A stretch of DNA of 64,000 nt from Lama glama (Eukaryota), in the NCBI GenBank assembly GCA_028534125.1, contig CM052816.1:91762001-91826000 (forward strand), given 5' to 3'. Positions 1 to 12,325 of the stretch are shown here, piece by piece. The translations under genes and the position numbers were made by a program. Position 1 is the first letter of the stretch. The number at the start of each line of letters is the position of its first letter. Under the pieces are notes generated by a model that ran no database searches, had not been told where the DNA came from, and worked only from the letters and a program-made list of their open reading frames with translations.

Positions 1-499
1 AAAGAAGGTGTAAAGATTTATGAAAAAATTAAAAGAAGATGTATATATGCAAAGGAGAGCTATTTTTAAAGAGTTAGTTAAAAGAAATCTATGGAATAAG
101 AGAATATGGATCCTACTTCAAATTTACAAAAGAAAGACCCCCTCCAAAGGCACTAGGAGGAAACTATTCCCATGAGAATAGAAAAGGGTAATGACCAGAT
201 GGCTTTGGGCTATCAGTGAATCCCACACTTGGTGGCATCCACAGTCACCCATTCTGAATGTCCCAGGTGGCTCAGTTTACAGAAAACAAGAATTTGCTTT
301 CTGGTTCCAGTAACTGACCAAACTAAGACCCCAGGAGAAGGGGTCACAGTTCTGACATCAGGAGTTCTCCTTCTCCAAGGAATGGGCAGCAGTGCTGTCC
401 AAGCCAGGTGCTGGGCAAGACCCTGGCATCATAACAATGAGCAAGACATTGTCACTGCCTTGGTCCTGATGGAGTTCGTGGGCCCTTTTTTTGAGCTCT

Positions 500-790
500 G
501 GTCTCCAGCTGGTTCATAGGACCAAGATGCAACTCAAACATGATTAAGCAGAAGGGAATATATTGACTCCAGGAAGGAAGGGTGGTAGGTGACAGAACGG
601 AAAGAGGAGCTGGACAGCAACGGCTCAGAGGCCGGAGCTGGGCTCTCACAGAGTCAGCTCTCTACTTTTCCTTTCTCTCTCCCTTCCCCTCTTCTTCAGG
701 AGGCTAGCTGTGTTGTGATTTACCCTGAGTTTCAAGGTCTCTGATGGGTATTTGCTTGGCCTAATTCTCTTAGAATGATCCAGGGAAACC
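500..790 (-). mobile_element. Degraded MaLR LTR fragment (MLT1J/K-like)
   Basis: 'caactcaaacatgattaagcagaagggaatatattgactc' resembles the MLT1 terminal motif; boundaries approximate. Confidence 0.4.
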
Positions 791-1104
791 TAAAGAAAGC
801 CTTATCATTCCATCCTCATCTGGGGTGAAATCAACTGAGAGGAGGGAAATCTGGGAGTCAATGTCATTTCAAGGAGGCAGTAAACCCAGAGGGACTCCCC
901 ACACCACTAAGTTTCGATGATAATGGAAGATCGATGAAACATGGGTGGTTTCGGTTTCTGACAAACAGTTGTGATTAGATTAGGCTGATGCCAGGTGATG
1001 GAGGATTTGTGTTCTGGGCGTGTCTGCAATAGCTGTGGGTAGAGCTGGTGATGTCCATGTGGGGAGGTGGTCAGGGCAGGAGAGTGTGGGCACAGAGCGG
1101 GGAC

Positions 1105-1245
1105 CCTCAGGTTAGCCTGCTCGAATTGGAATCTAGGTTTTCTTCTCTTTCATAGGTATGAGAGCCTACACCCTGTTAAATCTCTCTGTATCTGTTTCCT
1201 CATCTGTAAAGTGAGTAAATCTCAACACAGATAGCCTCAAAGTGC
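1105..1245 (+). mobile_element. MIR SINE fragment
   Basis: MIR core 'tctgtttcctcatctgtaaagtgag'. Confidence 0.7.
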
Positions 1246-1717
1246 TCATCTCCCCTGTCTGATGGTGCCTGGAACCTAAACACATTCAAGGAAAGAAAGT
1301 GGACAAAAGGAAACCACCATCGGGGGGAAACTTCCGCCACTGAAGCACAACATGCAGTTTCTGGGACTTCCTGGGGCGAAGCAACCTCCAAAAGAACAGG
1401 AAAACCTGCCAGAGGAGACTGAACTCGTTGCCTGCCTACAAAAGGAACAGGAGGACGGGAGGTGCAGGATGCCAGCAGATTAGCAGGGAAGCTTTAGAGA
1501 GACACCTGGCACGAGCACGTTTAGAACTTTAAGGGTAAAGGTGAGAAATAGTCGGTCCTCACTGTTGGCTACATCAAGTAAAACATCAAGTGGGTTTATG
1601 ATTCTCCTCTTAGAGGCAAATAACACCACTCAGCAATGCTTCTCTGGTGTCACCTGTCCTGTGTTGTCCTGAAGAAAAGCAGGTGGGAAAGCCTGCCCCC
1701 AAAGGGTGATGGGAATT

Positions 1718-2218
1718 TGTAATAAGGAAGAACAAATCAGACTCCACATTAGATCCGTTCTTTTAGGGCTCTAACCCTGCACTGTTTCCTGTGCTGAGTC
1801 ATGCTGGTTCTACACCTTTTGTACAAGAATGTTGCCTAAACCTGAAATGTACAGGAGAGCCCATTCTCAAGCCTCTGACCTTTAAGGGTATAACACTTTT
1901 CCATTCATATAGCAATAAAACCTTGCAGAACAGAGAATAACATTTGTCTTGTTGGAGGTTTATAGAAACATTGTGACCTGATCTATGAGGACAGCGGCAA
2001 GAACAAAGGATTCCGACACCAAGAAGTTTGCAACAACAACCACACCCCTCCTCTGTTTTAGTATAAAAGGAGCTTGAATTCTGACTTGGGTAAGATGGTC
2101 CCCATCTTCTCAGTCTCCTGGTTTTCTGAATAAAGTCACTATTCCTTGCCCCGACACCCTGTCTCCTGATGTACTGGCCTGCCATGCAATGAGCAGAACA
2201 AGATTGCACTCGGTAACA
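1718..2218 (+). mobile_element. ERV1-class solo LTR, 501 bp (tentatively MER41-like)
   Basis: TGTAA...TAACA termini; 4-bp TSD AATT (1714-1717 / 2219-2222); TATAAAA at 2062-2068; AATAAA at 2129-2134. Subfamily name is from recall only. Confidence 0.88.
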
Positions 2219-2864
2219 AATTCCTGTGGCTCCAGACAGACCCTACCCAGAGGCCAGATGTCATCCTGGGTGCCCATGCAGGAAAAGGGTGACATGATTG
2301 GCTAGGAAACCTTGGTGATAAGAAAGAGGAGACAGCATGGGTCCTCCAGGAAACGTCTCACTTTTCAAAATTAAAATTGAGTATTTTAAATAAATATGAG
2401 AAAGTATCCTTCCCTTTAAGCTACAGAAGAGAGATGCTCTGATAACACTCAGTACAGAAAACCAGCTCATTTTCCTCCAAACCTTCATTTCTTCCTACAG
2501 TTAAAGCTGCATGTGGAGCCCAGGCAGGCCTCACATCGGAAGAGCCCAGTATCTCCTCAGGACTGCCGTCATTCCCAGGGTGTCAGCCAGAGAATTTGAA
2601 AGAACAAAGTGTATTTATTGTAATCACTGACCAGAGGGACATTTTCCTAGCTGCATATCATTATTTATTTTAATTGAATTGGGCTTTGATTATACCCACA
2701 AAGCTGATTATTTAAAGTAATTACATAGTTTAGGAGTTGGAAAGCAAATGCTTCTTTTCTAAAATAAAGAAATGCCTCATCACTTAGCTCATCTGTTTAG
2801 GAAAATATAGAAGAGGATTTTCCTTCATGATGAGGATAGTGAAAAAGACAGAATATTGGTTTCC

Positions 2865-3085
2865 ACCGGTGGGTCTCAAACAGAGGCAATTTTGCACATA
2901 ACCCTCATCCCCAGGGGTATTCGGCAACTTTGAAAAGAAGTTTTTGGTTGTCACAACATGAGATGTGTAGCTGGCATCCAGAGGGCAGAGATGAGGGATA
3001 CTGCCTCATGGCCTCCAATGCACAGAACTGCCCCACAACAAAGAGTTATGCAGACCGAAAGGTCGGCAGTGCCACGGGTCATGGA
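2865..3085 (+). mobile_element. MER20 hAT-Charlie DNA transposon
   Basis: Diagnostic strings 'tttttggttgtcacaac', 'ctggcatccagagggcagag', 'aatgcacagaactgccccacaacaaagag'. Confidence 0.85.
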
Positions 3086-3234
3086 CTCCGGTTTAGAGGA
3101 CCTCAGTTTCTACCCATTGTTAGCTGAATGGTTCTTCATAGTACAGCCACTTAAATTCTGCAAAACTGTTCAAGACTGTTGTGAGCATCTATGACTAATC
3201 TACTTTTACAACCACTATGATTATAACCACTATC

Positions 3235-3400
3235 AGACCAATTTACTGAGCACTTACTATGTGCTATGTATTGTTCTACGTGTTTTTATTTCAGCTAATC
3301 AGTAACAACTATGAGGCACTGTTATTTCTCCACTTTACAGATGAGAAACGGAGGCACAAAGAAGGTAAGGATCTCACCCAAGGCAAGAGCTGGCAGAGGA
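3235..3400 (-). mobile_element. MIR SINE
   Basis: 'atttactgagcacttactatgtgc' and 'ctttacagatgagaaacggaggcac'. Confidence 0.85.
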
Positions 3401-4374
3401 ACATAGGGCCTGGAAGATAACGTGAACATTATCGAAGGTCATGTCATTGCTACTCATCTTGGATGCTGGATGAAATACTTAGCAGGCAGTGAAGGACACC
3501 CCCACACCCCAGAGGTCAACAGGTCAAAGGAGGCAGAAATCACTCATCAAGCCTGGTGTTTCTTTCCAAAGATGCTCTTTCTATCATACTGAAAAATACT
3601 GCCTTTGGAGTTTTTCTAAAAAATGTAACAATTGAAAAATATCAACCTGAGGACAAGCAACAGTAATGATATTGAGGAGAAAAGGGAAAGGAGTAAGAGT
3701 GAAGAAAGAGAAAGCTGTCCGGTATCAATGTGACACATGGGCCAGGCCAGCTCGTAGCAGTAGCACCAGTCACGATGGGTGTCAGTTCCCACCAGGAGCC
3801 CAGGGAGGTGCAGTGATGGAGGGGATGTCCCCAATGTGCATAGCCCTGCCACTCTGGGGAGATGGAGGATGAGGCCTAATTCACTAGCCCTGTCCCTGGC
3901 AGCTGGGGGTGAAGGGGACCTTCCTTTCTGGATGAGTTACTCAACATGGATTATGGTGGAATGTTCCTCTCCCACCCTCCTGGGGAGGCAGTCTGTCTGA
4001 GCCTCATTAGTTCCATTCCTACTTCACCAAACAAAAGTCTCTGGTGTTCTTTCCACTTGTAAACGCACTCAGTTACAGAATCAGCCCCACCATCACTGAC
4101 TTTGAATGTTATTAACAATGGAAATCAAGTGTGTTTTGGTTCTGATGTTGGTCGGGAACCTTCAGCCTCAGGGACACTACACTGTTTAAGTTCGCTGTGC
4201 AGATTTCCTCAAGGGGGACATTCCTGGGTAGGGGTTGGCTGATCTCCATGGAGAGCCTTCAGGTACAGACTGGGAAACCTTTACAGGGGACGAGAATGTG
4301 GTCTTGCTTTTGGCTGATGATCAGGCAGCAGCAGACCTCTGACTGGCAGCAAACTGTGGAATGGTTGCAAGTGT

Positions 4375-4570
4375 GGTCTGAGTTACTGGGCCTACACATG
4401 TTTGAATGCCCGCTCCCAACCACAAGCATGTTTATGACTTTGACTCAGCAAGCCTCAGTCTTCTGATTTGTAAACTGAGATAATACTGCCTCCCACTTGT
4501 GCTGATGAAGGATATTCACGGTACCATTCACAGTACCAGAGACATGAGTAGGACTATTTCGGTGGTTGCC
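4375..4570 (+). mobile_element. MIR SINE (degraded)
   Basis: 'agcctcagtcttctgatttgtaaactgagataata'. Confidence 0.6.
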
Positions 4571-5134
4571 ATTGCCAATGGAACCCAACACTCCTGTAAC
4601 AAATGTTTGGTCGTGTTCCCTTCACCATCCTATAATAAGATTTATAGATAGTGACCTACATACCTAATTTCAAAAGGAGTAATAGAATGCCCTAACTATA
4701 TAACAAAGGAGAAAGAGAAGAAAAGTAAATAATAATAAAATACCATGCTTCTACATATGTAATTGGTCAGGTTCTTCTACCCAGGAAGGGGGGGGGGAAC
4801 CTAATTGTGTACTTACTTCACCTTGAATGCAACAGCTGCAAAGTCAGACACCAGTATGAGGTGCTGGTGTCGGCTACACCACAAGCAGCCTGGCAGCTGT
4901 CAGGGGGTTGTCCGGAAGCACCCACACCTCCTGGGGGAGTTCTGACTCCGAGTTCTATTACCCCTTAATGTACTTGATAGTTTCATTCTTAAAGAAGTCA
5001 ATACATATTCATTCTCAGGAAAAAAAAATAAAAAGAAACTTCATGTTTACATACACATGGGCATTAGATCCTGGAACCCAATCATTATGAACAGTATTTT
5101 TAACCTACATGAATGTCCAATAAGCTCACAAATA

Positions 5135-5320
5135 TTTCTTCACTGTCTTTGCTGTGCAAGACTCTTCTATGCACTGCAGGTCACTAGCATCCCTGTCCTT
5201 CCCGCCTGAATTCCAGGAGCTCTCCTCCAATCATTATGATAACCAAACCACGCTCACAAACTTGACTCAAAAACGGCTTTCGGGGCACTGCCCCACCATC
5301 TAAGAACCATCACACCAGAC
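5135..5320 (-). mobile_element. MER20 fragment
   Basis: 'ctatgcactgcaggtcactagcatccctgtcc...ctaagaaccat' matches MER20 in reverse orientation. Confidence 0.6.
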
Positions 5321-7069
5321 CAAGGGCCTCACTACCACAACAAAAGCAAACGGTCCTACCGTCCTACAAAATGACTAGCCGTTTCTCTTCTTACACCGCG
5401 CTAAGTGCATTTTGAATTGGTACCAATTAGTAAAATCAAGGCGCGCGGGCTTCTCTGATGGAAAGTGGAGGAATGAGAAGAATAGAGCAGGGCCGGCAGC
5501 TGTCAGTGGGGGGTGAGCACTGGAGGCTCACATGCTGGGCTTCTGGTCTCTCAATGTCTTTCTCTGTGGTCACAGTTTGGATTCACTAAGGCTGATACCA
5601 GTGAGAGTTAAGCTCGGAGTCTAAAAAGGAGAGGGCAGTAGCTGGGGCTTCTGAATTCTAATCAGCCACGTGAATTTATTTCTAATGGTTTTCCAAATAT
5701 AGGATTTCCTGTAAAGGGGTTTTGTTATTGTTATAGCCACCTATTCTAATCCAGGGTGGCCTTGGATTATGGTTCCTTCTAAAGATTTCACTTGTTATGC
5801 TTGTAAGGGTTGGGGGGCAGGAAAGAATTTTATTATGGAAGGAGACAGTGTGGTGTTCTAATTCATTCAACAAACCTGTCAGATCCGCAGCCTGCCAAGG
5901 CTTGATTTCAGATACCAGGACAGGCTCACCTGGAATGCAGTATAGGTGCTAAACCCACATGACTGGTTCTGGAATTTCTCTGGCTCCGATAGTGATTATC
6001 TTCACTTAATTTTATAACTGCCCTCGGCTTGGAGTTTGACAATCATGACAGCATGCCTGACGCCCCAGTGGGTGGTCACCACGCCTCTTGGCTCAGTGGT
6101 CCAATCCACTAAAAGTTAAGTAGGTCACAATTTCCGAAACTTTTTCCTTCCAAAAATGTACGTTTTCAAGCATCACTGCACTTCCAAGCTATTAAAAATC
6201 CAGTCACTAAAGATATAGGTCCAAAAAAGTTCGTTTCAACTTTTAAATTACCTTGAAAATTATATAAATTGAAGTTTTTCTAATTCTGTGTGTTTAAGTC
6301 CTGGAGAAAATGCAGCAGTTAAAGTAATATCCCTAGAGGTCAATATATTTTGTTCACTGCTACACGGGGAGAGGTTGGAAGAGAGAAACGAATTCACGTT
6401 GAATACAAACAGTGCCCCTACTCAGATAATATGGTTCCCAAACAAGATGGGATAGTTTAGACAGAGGGGCCATAGATGCACCATTTGGTTTGACAGTGAG
6501 CCTATTCACTGTGTTGCTGGAAGGGAACTTAAATACTGTCAGACGGATCTAACCTAGTTAATTCTGTAAATGCATTGGTTCTGTCCAATGTGAGGCTTTC
6601 GAAATCTGTGCGTAATAGACAACATAGCAAAAAACATAAATTTAGCTCTTTATGATCTTAAAAGACCTCAGTGAAGAATTGATCCTGCCAAGGGCAGGAC
6701 GGCAAGTCCATGTGACATTGCTCACATTCTAAAGTACTTGGAGTCAACAGGTGACCCAGTGAAAAGCCATTCAGATAGCTAACCAAAACACATTTGGAAG
6801 TAGTGTCTAATACTGGTTTTGGTATACAGAGTCCACCACCCCTTCATAAGGGCATGCCAGAAAAGCCACAACATCCGGGCACTGTTTCCTGACAAAGAGA
6901 CCAACAGAGTCGCTGTTAAAAAACCACTTTTTTTCCTGGTCTAGTTTTTGTGTATTTGCGCTTCTGTTCTGCTTCCAGCTACCCACATCGAGGACCAGGC
7001 TGGTGACTGCAGATCTGAGGTTAGATCATGATAAGACACTGTAAAGTCTACTGCAGAATATACCAGAAC

Positions 7070-7280
7070 AACAACTGCATGTATGGAGTGCTCCCTGTGT
7101 GCCAGGCACAGTGCTCAGCTCTCCACGTGTTTTCTTTCAGTGAATCCTGGTAACAACCCTGCCAGGAAGTCACTTCACCCCATTTTAAAGATGAGCATGC
7201 TAAGGTACAAAGCAGAGAAGTGGCCAAGGTCATATTTATGATAAAGAGCAGAGTTGGGATTTGAACTCAGGGATGAATAA
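7070..7280 (-). mobile_element. MIR SINE
   Basis: 'ctgtgtgccaggcacagtgct', 'ccccattttaaagatgag', 'gggatttgaactcagg'. Confidence 0.85.
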
Positions 7281-7291
7281 TAGTCTGCATT

Positions 7292-7964
7292 TTTTTCTTA
7301 AGAACTAAAAATAGACTTGCCATATGAATCTGCAATCCCACGCCTAGTCATATATTCAGAGGGAACTCTAATTTGAAAAGACACATGCACCCCAATGTTC
7401 ATAGCAGCACTATTTACAATAGCTAGGACATAGAAACAACATGAATGTCCATCAACAGATGACTGGATAAAGAAGCTGCGCTATATTTATACAATGGAAT
7501 ACTACTCATCCATGAAAAAGAATAAAATAATGCCATTTGCAGCAACATGGATAGACCTGGGGATCATCATTAAGTGAAGTAAGCCAGATAGAAAAAGAAA
7601 AACAGCATATGGTATCACTTATATGTGGGATCTAAAAAAAAAAAAAACACACAAATGAACTTATTTACAAAACAAAAACAGACTCACAGACATAGAAAAC
7701 AAACTTATGGTTACCAAGGGGAAAAAGGGGTGGGAAGGGATAAATTGGGAGTTCAGATGTGCCGATACTAACCACTATATATAAAATGGATAAACAACAA
7801 ATTTCTTCTGTATAGCACAGGGTACTATACTCAATATCTCATCATAACCTGTAATGAAAAAGAATAGGAAAAGGAATATATGTATGTATATGCATGACTG
7901 AAACATCATGCTGTACACCAGAAATTGACACATTATGAACTGACTCTACTTCAATTTAAAAAAA
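7292..7964 (+). mobile_element. 5'-truncated L1 (ORF2 end, 3' UTR, A-tail), camelid-type
   Basis: 'cacatgcaccccaatgttcatagcagcactatttacaatagc', G-rich 'gggtgggaagggataaattgggag', tail 'gactctacttcaatttaaaaaaa'; imperfect TSD aatagtctgca / aaaagcctgca. Confidence 0.95.
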
Positions 7965-8519
7965 GCCTGCACTGTGCTCTGCAGCCTTCCAAAACGTCCA
8001 GCCTATGTTTTGCCAGCAAGGAAGAAATAGATGTAATAGTCTACTACCCCCACAACACATTTCTTTCTGACATCTGAACTATATGGATCCCATTACTTTC
8101 ACCTGAAATAAGCATTTGAAAAATGATTTCCCCAACTGCATTCATGAGTTTTATGATTTGTTCATACTCAAGAGGAAGGCTTTGTCATTGCTGTTGAAGA
8201 TATACTTCTGTCTGGATCACTACTGCTATCAGGTATAAAGTATTGGGTAAGGTGGGATCTCATTAAATGTCTCAATCAGAAAAAAAGTCTGTTTAGCCTA
8301 CAAGTAGGACATTTGAGAATTTAGTAAATTTTCTCGCCAACAACATGTTGGGGACATTTCTGTCTTCACATCAAATATTTATTGACAATGCATGATAATA
8401 TAATTATAAATGAAATATGTTATAAATCTAACACATTTACCACATTGTAAATGTAATATTTCTGAGGGCAGAAGTATCTTCCTGTTTCTCTTTTAACTTC
8501 CTGCAAAGCACAGTAAATC

Positions 8520-8945
8520 ACAGTGCTCATTCATTTGTTAACTCACTCGCTAATTCATCCAACATCAGCATCTCCTAAGTGTCAGGCAGCACACCGTAAG
8601 CGGAGGGATAGATACTGAGGTGAGTAAGACAGTTCTGTCTTCACAAAGTCTACAGCTTTGTGACTTCTATAGACAGATCACCACCCTTACCTGACCCACA
8701 CCCTGCTCAGTTAGATAAATCATCTACCTCGTCTCTGTACTACTTTGCATCTACCTTTCTCATAGTACGTATCATAACATCATTCACCTGCCGCCCGTAC
8801 TGGATCATAAATTCCCAGGGAGCAGGTACTTAGTCTTATTAATTCATGCACCCCTGTAAGTTAGTACGATGACTTATGAGAACCACATCAGCAGTAACTG
8901 ATGGAGAATGAATGGATGGATGAAAGAAGGGATGAGTGAGGAGTG
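8520..8945. mobile_element. L2 LINE 3' fragments in both orientations
   Basis: 'tcattcatttgtt...ttcatccaaca...gtgtcaggcagc' and a terminal 'gaatgaatggatggatgaa' repeat typical of L2 tails. Confidence 0.6.
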
Positions 8946-8984
8946 GAGAGCATGGACTAATGGCAGCATATTATGATAAAAATG

Positions 8985-9076
8985 TGAATAACATCATATA
9001 CATATATTGAACCATTATGTTGTACACCTGAAACTAATATAATGTTATATGTCACTTGCATCTCAATTTTGAAAAA
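8985..9076 (+). mobile_element. Short L1 3' terminus (L1MA-like)
   Basis: 'attatgttgtacacctgaaactaatataatgttatatgtca...tctcaat'. Confidence 0.8.
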
Positions 9077-10629
9077 TTTCACTGGATTGAAAATTGTCTA
9101 AATTATCTCAATCATGGTGAGGCAATTACTAAACTATTTCATCATGTCAAATTTTAAAAGGGCTTTGTGCTCTTAAATTTTACTCTGTATATAGCTCTTC
9201 AGAGGCACCACAGGGTCTTCATTTTCCATACAAGGAGACTGTAGTTTAAGAGACCCAAACATGTTGAAGTGATGGACTTCAACTTCCTACAACTTCCTAC
9301 AAAATACAATCATGAAAGGTGAGGATTTTGGTAAAATAATGTGCTGAACAATTTTTGTTCTAACCTGGATTACTGAAGAGAAGTATCATTTTTCTAAGTC
9401 TAAAACTACTTAACTCTTTTAAAAGCCAGGCCTCTCACCGCCTATGCTTTTATGAGGGGAACAGTACATGTCATTGTTACGGCTGCCTTTTTACAGCCAT
9501 TAAAAGGCAGGTCGAGGGGGACCTCTGCTGTGAAACAAATTTCTTTCCTTCTCAAATACATTAAAATTTCCACCTTCTTTTTAGTGTCTCAGAATACAGA
9601 GTTTATATTTCCTTAAAGAGAGGACTCACTCACGGAACCTGGAAGGCAGATGCAGTGTATCCGGAAGTCTTAGGTGGCATTCTTGCTGAGTCCTGCCTTA
9701 GGGTGACTGAGGGCATGGCCCTAGTGGGTTTCATGGTTTCCAGAAGTTGTTTAACTCTGGTAGGGCCCAGCCTCACTTTCACACACAATTCCAGGTATAA
9801 AGCCACGTGACCTCAAAGTGCCTTGGTATGGTAACATTTGAATAGATATATTTGAAGCAGATTAATTAAAAATAACCATAAACCATCCTTACTGAGTTGA
9901 GAGCTTCAAGAAAAACAAGAGACAAATTTTCAGTCTCCAAAGACTACATCTCTGTGCTCCTGAAGCAGAGATTTAATTCTGCATTTGAAACGGAAACTTC
10001 CAATGTTTCAAAAGTGTAAGTCATTATCAGCAATAATACCTTCACCTTATATTTTGCTCTCCTGTTCTATTTACAACCTGCCCTTGGTTTCTGTAAACAT
10101 TATTAAAAGGATAATTAGAGCTACAGTTTATTTATTGCACCCAGATATCACCTAAAGCTTTAGATCCAAAAAATGGAACCAGGTAATTTTATATGCTCAA
10201 AATTTCTTTTACTGCCAACTTCAACAAATAGAAAAATCTCAGACATGAAAGTGTTTTTCCAGTTTTTGATACAAGCTAAAGAGTTTCCAATCAGACATAA
10301 ACACTTTGGAAGCCAGAGGGTAACAGACTCTATCCATCCGTTAAGTTTGTAGTCTGCACAAATATTTCCCCTTAACCAACAGCCATTTGGGAGTCCTGTC
10401 GAGGAAATAAATTATCAAGTTCTTGGGCATCTCCTAGATAAATACTTTTTTCTCAGTTGGAATATAAAGGTTTTAGAACAATGTACTCTAAAAAGGTTTT
10501 TAGCCAGTTACTTAGAATAACATTTAAAAGCAATATTTCACTTATATGTCAAAGTAAAATAGAGTATTGAAATGCCATTCTCTGTAATTAAAGAAAAAAA
10601 AATCCTTTTTACCTGGTATACTAGATGGA

Positions 10630-11133
10630 TGTGATAGTGACACATGTTATATGTTCACCTGACCTGCTTTGTTTTCCTCCTAGAAACACAGTGAGGCTGC
10701 ATTTCCCTGGGTCCTTTGCAGTTCAGTTTAAGTAAGGTCATGTGATTGAGTTCTGCCAATGGAATGTGAACAGAGGTGATTTCCCAGCATCCTTTGCAAC
10801 TCAGTTTAAGTAAGGTCATGTGATTGAGTTCTGGCCAACAGAAAGTGAACAGAGGTGACTGAGGCCACCTCATGCCTGGCAATAAACTACCTTCCAGGAG
10901 CCTGAGTATTATCTCTTATTTTGTGTCAACTTTAGTGGCCACATGTGGACCATGATGGACAAAGCCTGAGTTCCCAAATGTCTAAATGACACTGGAATAG
11001 AGTTCCCCTCCTCCCCCCCTGACTCTGACCATTATGGTCTATGATATAATCAAGCAATAAACTTTTATTATATGAAGTCACTAATATTTTAGGTGTTGTT
11101 TGTTACAACAGTTAGCATCGTGTGACTAATGCA
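10630..11133 (+). mobile_element. MaLR solo LTR (MLT1H/I/J-like) with an internal ~78-bp tandem duplication
   Basis: 'gtcatgtgattgagttctggccaa', 'aataaacttttatt', end 'ttgtttgttacaacag...gactaatgca'. Confidence 0.8.
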
Positions 11134-11439
11134 GACCTGAGTCATCTGGGTGACTGACACACTGTTTACCCAAGTCTAGTCTAAATGAGACAAAGCAGAG
11201 ATTTCTTATTCTTTGAGAGAAATCATCTTGCTTGGGCAGCATCAGTTATGTCCTACCCTCAAAAACAAAAATTCCTTTTCCTTATGTTCTTACTCTATTT
11301 CCTAACAAAGGCAAAAAGAACATGTAAAACTGAGATAAACACAAAAACAAAACCAATGTTAACCCACCTTCATATTTGGTTCAAATATAATCACAGGATA
11401 AATGGTTATATTAAATCCATATTTTTGAACCATCTTCTT

Positions 11440-12100
11440 TTGATTATAAAAGTAATACAGTTTATTATAGAAAATAGAAAACGAAAGTCCATGAAAGCAG
11501 AAAAAATAAACATAACCCTTTACTGCACCACCCATTGGTAACTACTATTTACAGGTTTGTATAAACCATTCTAGTCTTTTCTCTCTGTACGTGTGTGAGT
11601 GTGTAAATACTTATTTAATTTGATAAACCTGTAATCACACATTTTCAATAATGCCCTTTAAATATCTTTCAATATGCTGAGAACATTTTCAAAAGAATGT
11701 TTCTTCTGCACGATTGTTTTTAAAGCTGCATATGAATACACTTTGCTTTACAAAATCTCCTATTGATGAATATTTATATTATTTCAGTTGTGGTTAGCAG
11801 AAGCAATGCTAAAGTGAATCAGTCTGTAGAGAATCCTTTGCTAGCTCTCTAATTACATCTTTTGGATGAATTCCTCACACTGAAGTTGATGAATTTGAGA
11901 GTATGCCTTTTCATAAAAAGCTTTTGACACAAATTGGCAAATTACCCTCCAAAAAGGTTGTGCCAATTTATGTTCCTACCAGATTTGTCATATTCTTCAC
12001 ATTGATCCCCATGTTTGTTGACAGATTTATTCTTAAACCCTATGCATACCCATTTGTTTGTGTCTTAATAATTACATTTTCCCAAATGATTCATGCTGTC
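11440..12100 (-). mobile_element. Ancient L1 (L1ME-like) fragment
   Basis: 'cctattgatgaatattt', 'caaattaccctccaaaaaggttgtgccaatttatgttcctacca'. Confidence 0.65.
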
Positions 12101-12149
12101 GTATAAAAAAGCTGTTAATCTTTTTTTTTTTCATTTACATTCTCAGGAA

Positions 12150-12325
12150 TGGCATGGACTTTGGGTTCCATATAGAGTAGTGTGTCTATGCTAAGCTTCA
12201 AAATCCTCACCTCAATGATGGGAATAACTAAAACAATAACCCTTATGGAATTACTATAGCCATTCACAAAGATATAAAAAGCATTCAGCACAATATCAAA
12301 GTATAAGCAATTAACAGAATTCAGC
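12150..12325 (+). mobile_element. MIR SINE (degraded)
   Basis: 'cctcacctcaatgatgggaataac...aaagcattcagcacaat'. Confidence 0.5.

Noticed and set aside
1799..2209. 136-aa minus-strand ORF
   Set aside because: It lies wholly antisense within a solo LTR and has no recognisable homology
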